Shown piece by piece: positions 46,201 to 57,638 of a stretch of 64,000 nt of DNA; within the stretch, counting starts at the first letter, position 1; every line of letters begins with the position of its first letter. The position numbers and the translations under genes were made by a program. The notes beneath the pieces were generated by a model. It saw nothing but the letters and a program-made list of their open reading frames with translations. It was not told where the DNA came from and ran no database searches. Source of the DNA: Lama glama (lineage: Eukaryota); assembly GCA_028534125.1 (NCBI GenBank), contig CM052839.1:13950001-14014000 (forward strand). The letters are read 5' to 3'.

Positions 46201-48270
46201 CAGCCCCCTCCTCTGCTCAGAGCTCTCCCGGGGCTCCCAGCTCACTCCAAGTCAAAGCCAAGTCTTCACCATCTGGCCCCCTCTGCACCCCTCCTTCCAC
46301 CATTCCCCTGGCTCACTAGATGGCCCTCCTCTCTCCAATTTACTGGGCATGCTCCAGCCTCAAGACTTTTGTACCTTCTTTTTCTCTATCTGGAACCTGT
46401 TTCACCCAGCACTCCCCATGGTGGGCTCTTTCCCATCGCTCAGGTCTTGGCTCAGGGACAACAGCTCAGGGGCCCCCTGAATCACACAGGCTACCAGAGC
46501 CGTCCCTCCACAGCCTCACCTGCTTTATCTTACCCCAGGCGCTGACCAGCATCCAAGCTGCTGCATGTTTCACTCCTCTGCTTTGGCTTCTCACTGACTC
46601 CCACTACTACGTCGGCCCCCTGAGTCAGTATTTGTTAAACTGACACAGAGGGGACACACCCCTGGCAACTTGTGGGCAGACCTGGGATTTGAACCCAAGA
46701 CCGAGTTCAAAGTCCATGTTCACGCCTGACCCCCACCCCCACCTTGGGCCAGGAGGGAATCCAGTGGTCACCAACTGCTCCCTCTAGTGACCAAGACCCT
46801 TGCCAAAGACCACCCCCTTCCACCACTGCTGCCCACTCAGAATGGGGCCTCATCCTCCTGAACAGGGAGACCTCAGCTTCTGACAAACTGAGGCCAGCCA
46901 GGGGGAACGGGCCCCCTTCCATCGGTGTCAGGTCCCCACTTCACACCTGTCTCACTCGCTGAGGAAATGACACCTTAGCACAGCACCTGCCCCTACCATC
47001 ACAGTTCTCTCACCCCAAGGGTGCTCACCCTCACAGTCACTCAACACAGGAAGGGGGCCAGCATAGCCTTCCCTCTGGGCCCCCTGGCCACCAACTCTGA
47101 GGGTCCTGGCACCTCCTACCACCACCTGGGAAAGCTTGCCTGTCCCAAGAGCCAGGAGTCCCGGGCCTCGGCCACACCAGGTCCAGCCGTCCCGGAGCTC
47201 CCTCCTGGACAAGTCTCCTCGCAGGACCACGGCAGCCCCACCCCAAATCCCTGTCCCCCCAGGCTAAAGGCAAACCCCACCAACAAGGGGACGCAAAGAC
47301 AAAGTGGCCCAGCTCACTCGGACTCTGGGCAGGTCGGCAGCCCTTGCTGAACCTCAATTTTCTCACCTGTGTGGGAGCATGACAACTCTAAGCCTCAAGA
47401 GCGGTGAGGGGCTTTGGTGTAAAATTGAGGCCAGAAGTGACACCCCTGGGGGGAGTTAGCAAAGGATAGGCTGGAGCCTCTAGCTGCCACACAGCAGTGC
47501 AGGGGGAGGCGGGGCTGAAGGCAGCCCCTTTCCCGCGGCCCCTCTGGCCCTACCCAGGGAGAGAAAGGCAGGAGCAGCCCTCCACCCCACCTCCGCTTGG
47601 CTCCTGGAGAAGCGGTGCGTCGGCTGGCCCCTGCGACAGAGCCCACAGCAGGGAGGACAGTGGCCTCACTTCACAGCAAGGGAAACCGAGGCACAACGAT
47701 TTTAAGAGCAGTTGGGTACCCGGCCAGGCATCTTCCCTGGAGCCCCCAGCGGGGCAGGGCAGAGCGCAAGGAAGAGCCCAGGGCGGTGGGGGAAGGGAGG
47801 AGAGGAACCGGGAAGGGATTTCTCAGCCCCACCCCCCAACATCTGCCTCCACTCCCCACCCCTGCCCACTGGCCAGGGTGCGAAAGCAAAACAAACCGGG
47901 CCCTGGGCTGCCCGAGAGAAAGACATAAACGGACAGCGAGTGGGAGCCCCAGCAAGAGTTGAGAGCCTCCCGGAGACGCACGGAGGCGGAGAGGCCGCAG
48001 GAAGAGGCCGGCGGAGTCCGAGACGCGGAGACAGAAAGCAGGGGAACCGAGGGCAGGGATGGAGGGAGGCAGGCGCGCGGCTCCGGCTGAGCAGAGCGGG
48101 CGGCCCGCGGAGCACCCGGCCCGCCCGGCCCGACGTGGCTCCGGCCCGGCCCCCGCCCCCCGCGCTCGGCCCCCGGCCCCGGCCCGCACCTTGTGGAAGG
48201 CGAAGAGCTCTTGCTTGAGTTTCTCGCGCTGCGGGTCGGCGCCTTGCCGGCGGAACCTAAACTTCATCAT
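34133..48270 (-). CDS. LLGL1: Lethal(2) giant larvae homolog 1 (WD40 polarity protein); 22 coding exons, 1064 aa
   Basis: 22 exons sum to 3195 nt in frame, from [25 protein letters not shown] to ACAILIK*; includes the aPKC-site cluster [21 protein letters not shown]. Confidence 0.98.
34350..34470 (-). CDS. LLGL1: LLGL1 exon 21
   Basis: [39 protein letters not shown]. Confidence 0.93.
34695..34807 (-). CDS. LLGL1: LLGL1 exon 20
   Basis: [14 protein letters not shown]...DGSPDP. Confidence 0.88.
34972..35086 (-). CDS. LLGL1: LLGL1 exon 19
   Basis: [31 protein letters not shown]. Confidence 0.93.
35266..35530 (-). CDS. LLGL1: LLGL1 exon 18
   Basis: [20 protein letters not shown]...CVFTQHGQ. 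Confidence 0.94.
35875..36170 (-). CDS. LLGL1: LLGL1 exon 17
   Basis: [18 protein letters not shown]...LIASEEQFK. Confidence 0.94.
37595..37748 (-). CDS. LLGL1: LLGL1 exon 16
   Basis: [11 protein letters not shown]...[23 protein letters not shown]. Confidence 0.94.
37842..37989 (-). CDS. LLGL1: LLGL1 exon 15 (aPKC phosphorylation/polybasic region)
   Basis: [42 protein letters not shown]. Confidence 0.95.
38264..38556 (-). CDS. LLGL1: LLGL1 exon 14
   Basis: [10 protein letters not shown]...FTWKGHERL...[15 protein letters not shown]. Confidence 0.94.
38911..39015 (-). CDS. LLGL1: LLGL1 exon 13
   Basis: [23 protein letters not shown]...GTAGQ. Confidence 0.94.
39088..39241 (-). CDS. LLGL1: LLGL1 exon 12
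   Basis: [22 protein letters not shown]...WPPFRK. Confidence 0.94.
40223..40290 (-). CDS. LLGL1: LLGL1 exon 11
   Basis: [22 protein letters not shown]. Confidence 0.93.
40461..40684 (-). CDS. LLGL1: LLGL1 exon 10
   Basis: [26 protein letters not shown]... Confidence 0.94.
40758..40912 (-). CDS. LLGL1: LLGL1 exon 9
   Basis: [24 protein letters not shown]...[11 protein letters not shown]. Confidence 0.94.
41017..41071 (-). CDS. LLGL1: LLGL1 exon 8
   Basis: [17 protein letters not shown]. Confidence 0.93.
41336..41471 (-). CDS. LLGL1: LLGL1 exon 7
   Basis: [26 protein letters not shown]...TTPY. Confidence 0.92.
41551..41713 (-). CDS. LLGL1: LLGL1 exon 6
   Basis: [20 protein letters not shown]...FLGNQ. 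Confidence 0.94.
41788..41946 (-). CDS. LLGL1: LLGL1 exon 5
   Basis: [34 protein letters not shown]... Confidence 0.9.
42958..43088 (-). CDS. LLGL1: LLGL1 exon 4
   Basis: [17 protein letters not shown]...GFDGA. Confidence 0.94.
43183..43264 (-). CDS. LLGL1: LLGL1 exon 3
   Basis: [27 protein letters not shown]. Confidence 0.94.
43265..45087 (-). other. LLGL1: U12-type (minor spliceosome) GT-AG intron, LLGL1 intron 2
   Basis: 5' splice site GTATCCTTT; branch point CCTTGAC at 43284-43278, about 14 nt from the acceptor. Confidence 0.9.
45088..45185 (-). CDS. LLGL1: LLGL1 exon 2 (followed by U12-type donor)
   Basis: [32 protein letters not shown]|gtatccttt. Confidence 0.94.
46140..46640 (+). 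mobile_element. L2 3' fragment
   Basis: L2-like text (gctccagcctcaagacttttgtac...tctggaac...tatttgttaaactga). Confidence 0.45.
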
Positions 48271-48720
48271 CTTGCGCCCGGCCGCCCCGCCGCCGCCCGC
48301 AGGATGCGCCGCGCGGCCCCGCGGGTCCTGAGGCGCGGGCGGGCGGGCGCCAGGGGCGGGCGCGGCGAGGCGGGGCCTGCGCGGGGGTGGGGCCCTTCCG
48401 ACGGACGTGCCACCGGGCCAATGAGCGACCCGAGTGCCGCACGCCCCGCCCCGCCGGCCGCTCAGTGGGCCCCCGCGAGCATGCCTGCCACGCATGCGCA
48501 TGCCGCGGGGCCTGCCGGGACTTGTAGTCCACGAGTGGGGTTCCAGTGTGGGTGGCTGGGGACAAACCTCGGAGGGGCAGGAGCGTGTTCTCCAACGCGA
48601 GGGAGTCTTTTCCCTTCCTGCAACGAGCGCACGACGCGCACACTCAGGTAATGAAGCAGCCCCGTCCCGAAAGCCAGGAGAGTTCTGACCTGGGCGACTC
48701 ACTGGTGCCGCGGCCTCAGT
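47930..48720. promoter_or_regulatory. CpG island / LLGL1 promoter
   Basis: CpG-dense. CCAAT 48418-48422, GC box 48443-48452, NRF1-type CGCATGCGCA 48491-48500, ZNF143/THAP11-type ACTACAAGTCCC on - strand 48517-48528. Confidence 0.88.
48190..48270 (-). CDS. LLGL1: LLGL1 exon 1
   Basis: [27 protein letters not shown]|gtgcgg. Confidence 0.95.
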
Positions 48721-49769
48721 TTCCCCACCTACGCCATTGGCCCAGTGTATTATGTTGGACCAGTTTCGCGGGACACCCCATTTGACTGTCCCCCAGCGTT
48801 CCAGAGCACCTCCCACGCCATGCTTCTGTCCCGGCTGGGTGGTCGGTCGGGAATGCCCTCCTCACCCCGAGCCCCTGGGGAACGCCTACACATCCTTGAA
48901 GATCCAAAGTAAAGGCTCTGGTGGCAGCACAGGGGGTCGGGAGCGCCATCAGCTGAAGAGAGGGACAGAGACCCAGCGGAGAGAAGAAGCCCCTCCTCAG
49001 GAGCCGACATTTGGGACGGTCCTTAGATTGGATCTGGGCTCCTGGGAGATGGAGGGAGGGCCTCCCCGCGCGGGGAGAACCCTGTGTAAACAAAGCTGCA
49101 CCGCCTCCACTCGGAGGGACGATTGGATCGCCTGTCCCCACCCACCTCCCAGACCTCCTTTTCTCATCTGGACAATGGCCTGGAGGCTCAACCTCTCCTT
49201 CCAAGGCTGAGAATAGCCTGCCCTGGGCTCAGGGTCCCAGAAGCTTAGGTGGGGCAGGTGGACCAGGCCCAGACTCCACCAGCTGTGTCAGGGGAGGCGG
49301 CCCTGACTTGTGACCCCAGGCAGCTGCCAAGCCACGGGTCTGGCCACCCCCCTCCACCCACGCTAGCCCAGCTCAGCCCTTCCCTGGGGTTGAGGCTGGA
49401 TCTGGAAGAGAGGCAGGCTGGGGGTAGCTGGGAAATGAGAGGAGGGAAGACGTTAAGAACAAGGCTTAAGAGCGTCTCTGTGTGGCAGGCATCATTCAAA
49501 ACCCTTTCCTGGTTTCAACTGATTAACTGCTCTGGACGGTTCTGTGAGGAGGGAAACCTCAGTGCTCTAGGTGAGGAAGCTAAGACAGGCAGGGAGGCAG
49601 CGCGGGCTGGACTGAGCAGGGTCAGGCCCCTCTGGCCACTGCCCAGCACAGGCAGCTCCTAGACCTGGGTTCTGGTCCCTGCCCTGCCACCCATGGCCTC
49701 CTCTGCCAAACAAGGGCCTCACGCAGGGAACCATTAGGACTTGCGTTAATTCATGTCCCGACATCCTCT

Positions 49770-49910
49770 TTAGAAGCTGTGTGGCCTCGAGTGAGTGGCT
49801 TAAGCTCTCTGTGCCTTGGTTTTCTCATTTATAAAAATGTGGATAATACTAATACCTGCCTCAAAGGGTTGTTGTGAAGATGAAATGAATTAGTACTTAT
49901 AAAGCCCTCA
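49770..49910 (+). mobile_element. MIR SINE
   Basis: ctctctgtgccttggttttctcatttataaaaatg...gggttgttgtgaagatgaaatga. Confidence 0.7.
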
Positions 49911-50285
49911 GACCAGACCCCACCAGGCAGAAAGAGCCATGTGCGAGCCAGCTGGTACTAGAGTTCCTGCTAATTGCTGTTTGAGCTCTGCCCCTCTGTC
50001 ACCCTGGGCAAGTCCCTGCCCTTCCTCAGTCTCCATTTCTGTCTTTGAAAGGAGACTGAGTCACCCGGCAGCAAACAGCCATGCCTCGCCTATTGCACAC
50101 CCCCAGCTCACAATCTAGGGGGCACAGAGTGAGAGGGGACCATGTACGTGGAGTTCGCTGTGCTGTGATGGGGCTGCCTGGGGGCTGTGGGAGCCCAGAA
50201 GTCGCATCTCACCCAGGGTAGGTGTCCTGCAGGGAAGGGGGCAATTCACGCTGGTCTGTAACGGCTTCAGTATTAGGGCAGAGCA

Positions 50286-50400
50286 GGGGAGGGTATAGCT
50301 CAGAGGCAGAGTGCTTTACCATGCAGGAGGCCCTGGGTTCAGTCCCCAGTACCTCCATTAAAAGTAAATAAAGCCAATTACCTCCCTCCCCCCAAAAAAA
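50286..50400 (+). mobile_element. tRNA-derived SINE of camelid type
   Basis: ggggagggtatagctcagaggcagagtg...ctgggttcagtccccagtacctccattaaaagtaaataaagccaattacctccc plus A tail. Confidence 0.8.
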
Positions 50401-51329
50401 CAGTAGAGGGAAGAGGGTAGACAGAGGAAGGCCCCTTGGCGAGAACTAACCCCCACACTTGCTAATGATGTAGATTCCTAGGTCCCCCAGATGCGAACGC
50501 CTGTGGAGTGGGGCCCCAGAACCTGGATTTTAAACCAGCCCTTTCCCAGTGACCCTGAGGCCCAGCCTGGCCCCATCCGATCAGGTTGGAGGGGGTTAAT
50601 GGGTAAACTGAGGCATGGGCAGATAGGCCCAGCCCATCCACACACTGGGCAGGGTTTAGGAATGGTAGTGTGGCTTCTCTATTATTGTAAGTATTTTTCA
50701 GTGTGTTTGAACCTCTTCATTAAAAGTATAAAACAAATAATAATAACCCATACTGTTTGGCAGTCAGAGGGCCAGGGCCCTGAGACTGCTTGTCGCTCCC
50801 CTCCCCGAAGAGCCTGGCCCCAACCCATGATTACCATGGTTGCCCAGGGCAACAGGGCCAAACCCGCTCATGGCTCCAAACAGGAAACAGGCCCAGGGGA
50901 ACCCAGGCAAGGAAGGGTATGACACAGGGTTTTTGGTGATCGCAGGCGTCCCCGCACCTTTCCTGGAGGTTGCGGGGTCTGGAGGGTGCCTGAGTCAGCA
51001 GCCCTGGAAGGGAATGCTGGTCCCTCCTGCAGCCTCCCAGCCTCAGGCCAGGGATGGGCTGCTGCCTTCTTGGCATTTCCTGGGTGGGGTGGCCACTCCC
51101 TCCACCCTTCTCCTCCTCCTCCTTGGCCACCCCAGGGCCCAAGCCCAGCTCTGAGGTGGGACCCGTATCTGGCTTCAAATCCCAAGACAGCCCCTTGCTA
51201 GCTGGGTAACCTCAGGTAAGCCACTTGTCCACCTTGGGCCTCAGTGTCCTCACTTATAAAATATCCTCATCTGTAATGTGTAGTGAGAACTAAATGAGAT
51301 TGATTCAAAACAGGATTGGAGCCCAGGGC

Positions 51330-51750
51330 CCAGCAGGTTCTGTGCCTAGTGAGCCAGATGTTCCCAGGGCTCTGGCTTAGGACTAGCTGCGTCACCATTC
51401 TTCAAATGTACCAGACAGGCTTCTGCCTCAGGACCTTTGCACGTGCTGTTTCTGTGCCTGGAATGCTTTGCCCCTAGGTTTTCACTTAGCCAAATCCCTC
51501 CCTTCCTTTTGGTCTTGACATAATGACACTTGCTGAGGGAAGCCTCCCTGGCCTCTCGATTCCTGGTGCCTCTTCTGCCTGTTCTTCTCTGACTTCCTTT
51601 TGTCACCATTTATTTGACTTCTCTGTGTGCATATTACTCATCTCCCAGCTTGAGAATGAGCTTGTCAAAGCTTGGTGTTTAATGCTGCTGTTCACAGCTG
51701 TCCTCAGCGCCTAGAACAGTTCCTGGCACACAGTAGGTACTCAGCACATT
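51330..51750 (+). mobile_element. L2 3' fragment
   Basis: ctcaggacctttgcacgtgctgtttctgtgcctggaatgc...cctagaacagttcctggcacacagtaggtactca. Confidence 0.7.
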
Positions 51751-53725
51751 TAAAAAATAATATACAAGTAAGAACAAGATCCAAAGCAAATATGACAAAT
51801 TGTTAACATGTGTGGGTGGTAGTGTGGTTTCTGTTATTTTTCAGTGTGTTTGATATATTTCATTAAAAGTGTAAGATGCAGGTAATAATCCAGTGTAGGA
51901 GTCAAAGGTCATAGGAGTTGGCAGTTGATGGATATAGGGAGGCAGGTGGAGAACAGGGGTGTCCTCAGAGGCAGGCACCCCAATAGATGCTGCCTCTGCT
52001 CTATCTGCTTGAGTCCTTGCAGTGAGTGACTCTGGAGATGGGTACAAGGACATCCCACTCTACAGACAGGAAATGGAAGCTCAGGCCCAAGGCCACCTGC
52101 AGAGAGCAGAGGGCAGGAGGGGAAAAGCCCCACAGGGAGGCCCAGTAGGGGCCACCAGGGAGTGGAAGACCAGGAGAGCCTGGCTGCGTGAGGCGGTCCC
52201 TGCCTTCCAGGGGCTGGGCCAGATCCCGGCTGAGGCCATGACCCTCCTCTGCTGCCCAAACACAGGAGCAGCTTCTTCCTGAAGGCTCTATCGGGGCCCT
52301 GGCAGGCCCCAGGATTCCTGGAGTAGAATGGGGGGTGGGGGCGGGGAGAGCCTGGCAGGGCCTGGGCTGCAGGGGGATGAAGCGGGTGCTGGGGTGACTG
52401 GGGTGACTGGGGTGATGGGAGTGGAATGCCCAGATGGGGGAGGGGCGAGGGCCCTCAGCCCAGAGGGGAGCAGTGCCTGGGCCTCAGGGGGAGTGCTGGG
52501 CAGACCCAGCCTCTCCTCATTTTACACAGGAGACCCAAAGAAAAGTGCCCTCCCCAGGGTCACATGGGGTGACACACGGGCCTCTGGACCTCCAGCCCAG
52601 TGCTCCCTCCCCAGGTGCAGGACTGTAGACCCTGCCACACACCCTGAACCTGGGTCCCAGGCATGCTCTTTGCAGCTCACACCGGGTCATGTGGGGTGGG
52701 TTTGGGTGCACCTGCCCCCTGCAGTGGGTCAGGTTTGAGGCTCCAGGGGTTAGGCAGGGGTCACTGTCCCAGGCCTGTTGGAAGGTGGGGCTCTGCGCTT
52801 CACTCTCCACGGTTCCAAGTTCTAATCCTGCTCTGCCACTTCATCTTTCCTGGGCCTCAGTTTATTCAACTGCAAAATGGAGGTGAGTATTTACTGCTAC
52901 CATTCATTAACACTGAGCACTTCACAAGATCAGAGAAGTGAAGTAATGTGCCCAGAATCACACAGCTAGTAGTTGGCAGAGTCAGGATCTGAGCCCGGGC
53001 CCCAGGTGAGGTATTAAGAGGCTATGGTGAGAATCACAGTGAGAGTCCGCAGAGGGTGGGCGTTAGGTACATCTCCCAGCCTGGAGTGGCAGCACTGGGC
53101 CATGCAGCCCTCTCTGCGCTGTGCGGAGGGAGGGAAGGAAGGGTCTGCAGAGCCCAGAGGCAGCCCTGGCCAGACGGTGGCTTCCAGCAGGAGCCCAAGG
53201 CAGAGGGCACCGGCAGCACCGAGGCTCAGAGGGGAGAAGGCCCTGCACACCGACTCACCCTCAGACTCCGCTGCCGCACTGTGGCCGCAGGGGAAGTGCA
53301 CTAGTCAGCGCCCTGACCAGTACAGCGACTTCCCTGCTCATGCTGACTGGCCTCAGCAGAGCAGCCTGTCTGCCCATGTCCTCTTCTGCTCAGGACTCTC
53401 CATGAGAAGCCACCCAGAACAGCCAACTGTCACACTTCAGACTTTTTCAAGTCAGTTGTTAAACACAGCCATTATTAAAAATTAAATTGTATTAAAAACT
53501 AAGCAGAACTAAGCACTTCCTGTTTTACTACGTTTCACTCTTTTCTCCTTAATTACATCGACTGTGTCTGTGTGGTGGAAACACTGTAATGGCGCGCTTC
53601 TGCGCGTCTGGTCACAGTGCCACGCTGCGACCCCGTGCTGACAGCTGGAGTCAGCCATGGAGTATTACACCATGGAAGTGGCAACCACTACACATCTGAC
53701 TGGAGTTACTGCTGATTTTCTAGAC

Positions 53726-54037
53726 CAGTGCCATCCAATAGAAATACAACGCAAGCCACGTATGTAATTTTCAATTCTCTAGTAGCCACACTTAGAACAG
53801 TAACAGGAAACAGGCAAAATTAAATAGCATATTTTATTTAACCCAGGTATAGCCAAAATATTATTTCACTGTAACCAATATAAAGTAACTAATGATATGT
53901 TTTACATTCTCTTTTTATACTAATTTTTCTAATTCTGGTGTGTATTTTACATGTAAAGCATATCTCGATTCAAGCGAGCCACGTTTCAGGTGCTCCACAG
54001 CCTAACTGTCCAGTGGCTGCCATACTGGACAGCACGG
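53726..54037 (+). mobile_element. MER33/MER3-like hAT-Charlie non-autonomous element with 8-bp TSD
   Basis: Imperfect TIRs cagtgccatccaata / tactggacagcacgg; TSD ttctagac (53718-53725) and gtctagac (54038-54045). Confidence 0.8.
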
Positions 54038-54207
54038 GTCTAGACTTAAGAAATCCATGGAGAAAATATTAATGATGCAGATTAAACTTAGAAGTAGTGT
54101 TGAAGCTGAAAATGTGCAATCCAGTTAACATAATTTGTTCAATGATGAGAAATCAGTAGGTCATGTATCAAATTTAATGACAAATTTGCTGGGAAAAGAG
54201 CAGTAGA

Positions 54208-54617
54208 GTAGGCTGAACACTGGCCCCCATTCTTAATCCCTGGAATATAAGGGTTTTTTTTTTTACATTTTTTTTTAACTTTGCAGGTGTGGTTCAAGAT
54301 TACAAAGAGAGATTATTTTTGGTTATCCAGATGCACAGTAATTTAGAGGGAGAGGCAGAAGAGATTTGGTACACAGAAGAGGCCACAAGACCAGAGGCAG
54401 AGATAGGAGTCATGTGGCCAGGAGGTCAGCAGCCACCACAAGCCACCGGGGGTGAGGACCAGGGCCTCCGGCAGGAGCAGGAGCCTGCCAGCACCTTGAC
54501 TGCAGTCCAGTAATAGTGATTTTGGGTTTCTGACCTCTGAGCTGTGAGAAAACAAATTTCTGTTTTAAGCCGCCAAATGTGTAGTAATTTGTTACAGCGG
54601 CCCCGGGAGACTAAGAC
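54208..54617 (+). mobile_element. MLT1-type (ERVL-MaLR) solo LTR
   Basis: gaggcagagataggagtcatgtggcca...gagctgtgagaaaacaaatttctgttttaagcc...taatttgttacagcggccc...ctaagaca. Confidence 0.8.
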
Positions 54618-55591
54618 AAGCAGGTGGGATGCAACTCCACGTGCCCGCCATGGCTGAATTACAGCCGCAGGTAAGCTGCAATACAAGGACAGGAGCTCAG
54701 CAACAGCACAACGCAGGGGAAGCGTTCTGTGAGGAACGACTGGCTAAACAGAATTCATTAAAAAAAAAAAGCACTGTGTTCTGCTATTTGTAATTTATGC
54801 GCTACACATCTGTCAGCACGATTCACAATAACCTTACATGTGCATGTGACACTCCAGGTCTGTCTTGTACCCTCAGCAGAGCTCATCAGCACAGCCGGAC
54901 ACTCAGCTTCCCCCACCACACAACAGGGTCGGGGTTGGAGGAATGGGACGGGCTCCCCAGATGGGAAGGGCTAGAGCCAGATGCTGTTAGAGCACCTACT
55001 GGATCCAAGACTGGGCTGGGGGCAGAGACTGCTGGAACTCAGTACCTGGCCCAAACAGCTGGTGTCCCGGCAGATCAGACAGCTGGGAACAGCCAGACTC
55101 AGGGAGTCAGATATGGGACCCTCACCGGCTGGAGGCTGCTCAGAGGACTACCACAGCCCCAGAGATGGGGTGCCATGGAACCACTGTGAGGTACAAAAAC
55201 CAAAGACAAAGACACACTTCGGCTGGAAGCCCTCTCCTCTAGTCTCCTGTCCCTCAATCCTGTAGGGCAAAGGGCCTCATTCACTCAGACCAGGAAGATC
55301 CTGGGTCTGGATTTGTCACAGCTGCAGCAGAGTCTCTCCCATCAGCGTTGCCCTCCATGAGCCCCCATCCCATGACCCCAGATCCAGGCGCAGGCACAGC
55401 ATGGGGGATGTGCCACCTCAGCCACAGTCTGGACCTTCCCCTCTCAGCTCCAGGGTCTCCTCTGGAGATGCCAGTCCCCACAGCTGTCAGCTCTACTGCA
55501 CACATCTTGAAAACATGGGCCACGAGAGCTCTTCTCCCTCCTGAGCCACAGGGAGGACTTGGCGAGCAAATAGTTCAAACTCAAGGATTTG

Positions 55592-55597
55592 TTTAAT
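55592..55597 (-). terminator. Candidate ALKBH5 poly(A) signal ATTAAA
   Basis: tttaat on + about 1.9 kb past the stop, followed on the mRNA strand by U-rich sequence. Confidence 0.5.
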
Positions 55598-55969
55598 AAG
55601 CAAAACCTCTTGCATATTTTCTTCAAAGGCCAGGCTCTCCCCTGCCTTTGCTCACACCATGTTCCTCCTCCACCAGCTCACAGCCCCTCTGACCAACCCC
55701 AGGAAGAAGGGCTTCCAGAACTCAGCAGGGTATGCTCCTGGCTCCAGGGGGCCCACGGTGCCCTGGGCACCTGGACGCAAGGCTTACGAAGTCCATCCTC
55801 CTTGCAGTGGAGAAAAGGCACTGGGCAAGTCTGCCCTCAACCCTGTGTCGGCAACTGCTGCTGTTCCCTGGGTTCCTGGTGGACAATGGACCCCGCCACC
55901 CAGCCCCTCAGAGTTTCAGGACAACACAGAGGGGTTAAGGAAGAACCAAAGGCAAGTCCTTTCTTACGA

Positions 55970-56117
55970 NNNNNNNNNNNNNNNNNNNNNNNNNNNNNNN
56001 NNNNNNNNNNNNNNNNNNNNNNNNNNNNNNNNNNNNNNNNNNNNNNNNNNNNNNNNNNNNNNNNNNNNNNNNNNNNNNNNNNNNNNNNNNNNNNNNNNNN
56101 NNNNNNNNNNNNNNNNN
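55970..56117. other. Assembly gap (148 N) within the probable ALKBH5 3' UTR
   Basis: Run of N. Confidence 0.99.
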
Positions 56118-57460
56118 TGCAGTCCCGACTTGAGGAATCCACGCTGGCAAAGGAGTTCTGGCCCCCGAGAGGGGCTTCTTGATGGTGGCTGCCCCAGCTG
56201 TCTGCAGCCTCTGTAAGACTAGGCCCCTGGGATGGTGGCAGCCCGGGGACTGGGAGGGCCTCTGCTCTCAGCAGGCCTGGGTCTTGGCCCTGGCTGGCAA
56301 GGAAACATTCCCAATGAACCCAGATCAGCAAAACCTTGCAACCTACGAGGATCTGAGTGGGTGAAAACTGTCAAAGGCTTTGCTTTTTTTTTTCCTTTTG
56401 TTGTTATTTCTTTTAAGCCCTTCCCCAGCTCCCATGCCCCTGAGGCAGAGGAGGCACCAACCCTGCCTGCAGGCCTGAGCTCTGGCCTTGGATGTGCGCT
56501 GCAGGCAGGCAGAGGAGGCGGGTGCCCTCCTATGGGGCTGACAGGGAGAAGGCCTGAGCTGGCCCGTGGAGAAAGGAAAGGGAAAGGAAAAAGCCAGGAG
56601 ACCAAAGGAAAAAAATGAAAACTCAGAACAAAAGAAAAAACCCTACCACACACCACAACAATTTTCCATACCCCAAATGCTAGACTTGGAAGGACACCAG
56701 CCCCTCCAGCTAGAAACAACTCCTAAAACAGCCCCAACACAGCAAGTCTAACTGTTCCGCACGATCACACGCATATGCTTGAAAGGAGCAACCCAGCAGA
56801 GGCGTGCTCTTGGCGAGAGATCAGGACCACTGAAGCCGGGCCCTCAGCAGCCCAGGGACCCGTGGGCAGAGCAGGCCAGAGGGTGTGGAGGGAGCCCTGG
56901 GTCTTGAACAGTAACAGCTCTGGGGCAGCAGGGCCTGGCACTTTTTAAGCCTCTGCTGGGTCATTCCGAACAACTGCTGCAGGAGGAGGGGGCATCCAGA
57001 GAGCAGGGGAGAGGTGGGAGGGCAGCAGGCCCCCTGCAGAGCAGGCAGGACCTCAACCCAGTGCAGACATCAGTGGGGGATGGGGGGCAGGAGACTGAAC
57101 TTCATTTACAACACGGAGGAGATTTACATTTAAAGCAAAACAAGAATTTTTCTTAACCAAAACATTTTGATGCTCTTAAATAAACCCAGCCTGACGCGGC
57201 CCCACATGAGAATGGCTGCCCCCCACACCTCTACTGGCCACCCCAGCATGAGCTTCCGTCCCCTCTAGATCCATTCAGGAGAAAAACTGAGAACATGAGA
57301 ACCAGATCCCAGCCAATTCTGTTCTTCAGCCTTAACAGGCAATAAACCAAGGAAAAAAACGTAAGGATCAAATAGAAAGAAAGAAACAAAAACCTTCAAA
57401 ACAAAACAAAAGGAGGGGCAGCTAGTGAGGATCAGGCCGAGTCCCCAGAGGGCACCGGCC

Positions 57461-57638
57461 TCAGTGCCGCCGCATCTTCACCTTGCGGGCAGGGCTGCCT
57501 GCCGCCTCCGAGCAGTCCTCCCCGGGCTCGTAGGACTTGCGCCAGTAGTTCTCCGAGCTGAAGCCGCTCCTCCGCCGGTGTGTGGGGAGCAGCACCGAGC
57601 GCCGGTTCTCCTCCTTGTCCATCTCCAGGATCCGAGGC
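57461..57638 (-). CDS. ALKBH5: ALKBH5 last coding exon
   Basis: [23 protein letters not shown]...[12 protein letters not shown]. Confidence 0.95.

Noticed and set aside
47671-48816. 381-aa ORF as a standalone gene
   Set aside because: It is LLGL1 exon 1 (27 codons) embedded in stop-poor CpG island sequence.
55589-56331. ORFs crossing the N run
   Set aside because: Artefacts of translating through an assembly gap.
57179-57346. + strand AATAAA motifs suggesting an antisense transcript end
   Set aside because: Explained by U-rich elements of the ALKBH5 3' UTR on the opposite strand; no upstream + strand gene is evident.
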